A DNA stretch of 64,000 nt from Minisyncoccota bacterium (GTDB lineage: Bacteria; Patescibacteriota; Minisyncoccia; Phycocordibacterales; UBA9973). Location: assembly GCA_041665925.1 (NCBI GenBank), contig JBAYHW010000002.1, positions 26,838 to 90,837 of the forward strand, read 5' to 3'. Under the pieces are notes generated by a model, which did not search any database, had not been told where the DNA came from, and saw only the letters and a program-made list of their open reading frames with translations. Positions 63,531 to 64,000 of the stretch are shown one piece after another. Each line of letters starts with the position of its first letter. The stretch's first letter is position 1. The position numbers and the translations under genes are program-made.

Positions 63531-64000
63531 ATGAAATTATTAATTGTAGAATCACCAAGTAAAGCCAAGACTATCGAGAAGTATCTCAAGGGGGCTTTTA
63601 CCGTGCGAGCATCCGTCGGACACATTCGCGATTTACCAAAATCAAATAAACAAGCGATAGATATTGAAGGTGGATTTATCCCACATTATGAAATTTCCAA
63701 AGGCAAAGAAAAAGTCGTGCATGAACTTCAAGGACTAGCAGAAAAAGCGACAGAGATTCTCTTAGCCACAGACCCTGATCGTGAAGGAGAAGCAATTGCT
63801 TGGCACATAGAGACACTTTTAAAATTAGATAAAAAACTCAAAGCGCCGATGGAACGAGTAACCTTTCATGAAATTACTAAAGAAGCAGTGGAAGAAGCAC
63901 TGAAATATCCGAGGAAAATTGACACAGCCTTGCGTAAAGCTCAAGAAGCTCGCAGAGTACTAGACAGGCTCGTGGGTTATGATTTATCGGGTCTAATATG
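63531..64000 (+). CDS. topA: DNA topoisomerase I, N-terminal part (continues beyond window end)
   Basis: MKLLIVESPSKAKTIEKYLKG...VGHIRDLP (Toprim), ATDPDREGEAIAWHI (DxD), and RVLDRLVGYDLSGL. No stop codon before the window end. Confidence 0.88.
   Translation, partial: MKLLIVESPSKAKTIEKYLKGAFTVRASVGHIRDLPKSNKQAIDIEGGFIPHYEISKGKEKVVHELQGLAEKATEILLATDPDREGEAIAWHIETLLKLDKKLKAPMERVTFHEITKEAVEEALKYPRKIDTALRKAQEARRVLDRLVGYDLSGLI

Noticed and set aside
62810-63625. 271-aa minus-strand ORF.
   Set aside because: It is antisense to dprA and runs into the topA promoter region. It has no motifs.
1-64000. CRISPR arrays, transposases, integrases, prophage genes.
   Set aside because: Reading both strands I found no regularly spaced direct repeats. 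No ORF has transposase (DDE, HUH) or integrase (tyrosine/serine recombinase) motifs. The GC-anomalous islands lack flanking mobile-element genes within the window.

Overview
This looks like a 64 kb window from a low-GC (about 35%), gene-dense genome of a reduced bacterium. The gene content and compactness suggest a Candidate Phyla Radiation / Patescibacteria-like organism. Most of it is ordinary core genome, in order:

- Replication and tRNA charging: recR (partial), dnaB, trpS plus a TrpR-like YerC/YecD regulator, prs, an archaeal-type AspRS, riboflavin kinase, pepN, scpA/scpB.
- Cell wall: a mraY-ftsW-murG cluster, gltX, an M23 peptidase, rpmA, rplI, ctpA and a class B PBP.
- Purines: a nearly complete de novo purine operon on the minus strand (purB, C, M, E, D, N, F, Q, fused purS-purL, then purA and guaB).
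- The rest: an ECF sigma / anti-sigma / surface-protein module, a tRNA-Gln(UUG), dnaX, dus, a ftsQ-like gene, serS, dprA and the start of topA.

Four things stand out against this background.

- Three islands have clearly elevated GC (about 50-60%):
  - 3.5-6.1 kb carries an unusual fusion ORF. An unknown coiled-coil N-domain is joined by a poly-Gly linker to an archaeal type-II GAPDH-like dehydrogenase domain.
  - 10.3-11.4 kb carries a second YerC/TrpR-like regulator plus an unknown 187-aa protein.
  - 23.7-24.2 kb carries an RfaE-domain-II-like nucleotidyltransferase inserted between murG and gltX.
- There is a tandem pair of paralogous cysteine-rich proteins, each about 580 aa with roughly three dozen Cys and internally duplicated zinc-ribbon modules. 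They flank a VanY-like M15 peptidase next to scpAB and the mraY cluster. I cannot assign them to a known family, and they are my best candidate for an undescribed system.
- The 1.4 kb of mostly non-coding DNA between the trpS/TrpR-like pair and the GC island contains operator-like GTAC palindromes and a Trp-codon-rich mini-ORF followed by an intrinsic terminator, which could be an attenuator.
- A multi-half-site palindromic operator array lies upstream of the second TrpR-like gene.

I found no CRISPR array, transposase or integrase.
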